A DNA stretch of 63,363 nucleotides, filler included, from Octopus bimaculoides (lineage: Eukaryota): assembly GCF_001194135.2 (NCBI RefSeq). It is 5 parts of 4 records of this genome, joined end to end, with 100 filler letters (N's around TTAATTAATTAA, not from the genome) between each part and the next. Parts side by side here need not be neighbours in the genome. Positions count along the whole stretch, not along the records: positions 52,391 to 63,363 come from NC_068990.1; 4 more parts are not named here. One strand, 5' to 3'. Positions within the stretch are counted from its first letter, which is position 1; each line of letters opens with the position of its first letter. The notes below the pieces were generated by a model. The model worked only from the letters and a program-made list of their open reading frames with translations. It was not told the origin of the DNA and did no database searches. Both the position numbers and the translations under genes were made by a program. Shown here piece after piece: positions 62,261-63,363 of this stretch.

Positions 62261-62984
62261 ATGATAACAACATAAACAGCCACCGTAAACAACATCGATA
62301 CAAAGAAGGTAAACAATGAGGAACAAACAACAGCACCGATATATAAACAACAGCAGGCAACAAAAACGAAAATTAAAGCAAACACTGTACCAAGAGTAGT
62401 AAGTAAACCACAAAAATATATAAAAGCATAAAGAGAAATGAAAATAAATAGATAAATACGTAAATAAAAAAAAAAACTAAATAAAAGAGAAATAAATGAG
62501 TTAATGAATAAAAAGTATACAAACATTTAATTATTTTTTGTTATGATTTATTTTGTTGTTGCATATTTGTTGTTTTTATTTTCTTTCTGTTTGATATACG
62601 TCTAGGGTCTTGTGTTTTTTTTTTAATTTGTATTTGGCGTATTTTGCCAAAGATCATTGTTGCATCTACTGTTGGTTGTTGGTGGCGACAATGGTGTTGG
62701 TGGCGACAATGGTGTTGGTGGTGTTGGGAGTGGCAGTGGTGGTCGTAGTAAGGAAGGTGTGGGTGGTGATGATGGTATCGGTTGTGATTGTTGTGGGCAT
62801 GATGGTATTAGTGCTGATGGCAATGTTGGTGATGATGTTGATGGAGGTGATGCTATTGGTGGTGACGATATAAGTGCAGTATTCACTGGTACCACAAGCT
62901 CTATCCTACACATAGCGTATGCATGTACAGCTCGTATGTATCAGATCCAATTAGAAAAAGGCCAAAGGTCCTTCCGAGTCTTAG

Positions 62985-63182
62985 GCCCACATGGCCAGTG
63001 TCCTAGTTTCAACCCCTGGACGGGATCTCAGTCCGTCACAGGGTTACTCATTTTTGCCAGATGAAAGGACTTCAGCGACGGGAAATGAAGTGAATTGTTC
63101 TAGAATGCAGTGCATCGCCCGAACCAGGAATCGAAAGAATAATCTTACGATCACGAGTGCAACATACTAAGCCACGCACCTC
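62985..63182 (-). mobile_element. SINE E
   Basis: Head reverse complement aatcttacgatcacgag...ccacgcacctcc; body as at 20870-21040. Confidence 0.8.
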
Positions 63183-63257
63183 CACTTATTGCAGAAACCT
63201 TATACAAGCGCGCGCGCACACACACACACATGTTATATGTATGTTATGAATATGTTA

Positions 63258-63316
<59 letters not shown>

Positions 63317-63363
63317 ATATATATATGTATATATATATCTTTATATATATATATATATATATC

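Overview
AT-rich, gapped eukaryotic draft-genome window made almost entirely of repeats. No confidently identifiable host gene, rRNA, true tRNA gene or CRISPR array is present. The repeat repertoire points to a coleoid cephalopod, probably Octopus (inference only). It contains: (i) about 30 copies or fragments of three tRNA-derived SINE families, labelled here B (CORE-like, with an internal microsatellite), C and E, several nested inside one another; (ii) decayed LINEs (CR1/L2-like x2, Tx1/L1-like, RTE-like, R4/Dong-like 3' ends x2); (iii) decayed Tc1/mariner transposons (DD37D/maT-like x2, mariner DD34D-type x2) and a long-TIR MITE; (iv) many Penelope-like element (PLE) remnants, covering RT, GIY-YIG and pseudo-LTR ends. 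The most notable signal is a set of PLE-associated hammerhead ribozyme motifs. Two sites (60792-61115 and 18137-18880) carry inverted pairs of near-canonical type I hammerheads with palindromic stem III, and several other PLE ends carry decayed minimal hammerheads. A CR1-like LINE shares its 3' tail, including a covarying hairpin, with SINE B, which identifies a likely LINE-SINE partnership. Most ORFs in the supplied track are microsatellite or N-gap artefacts. Element boundaries were read by eye and are approximate.
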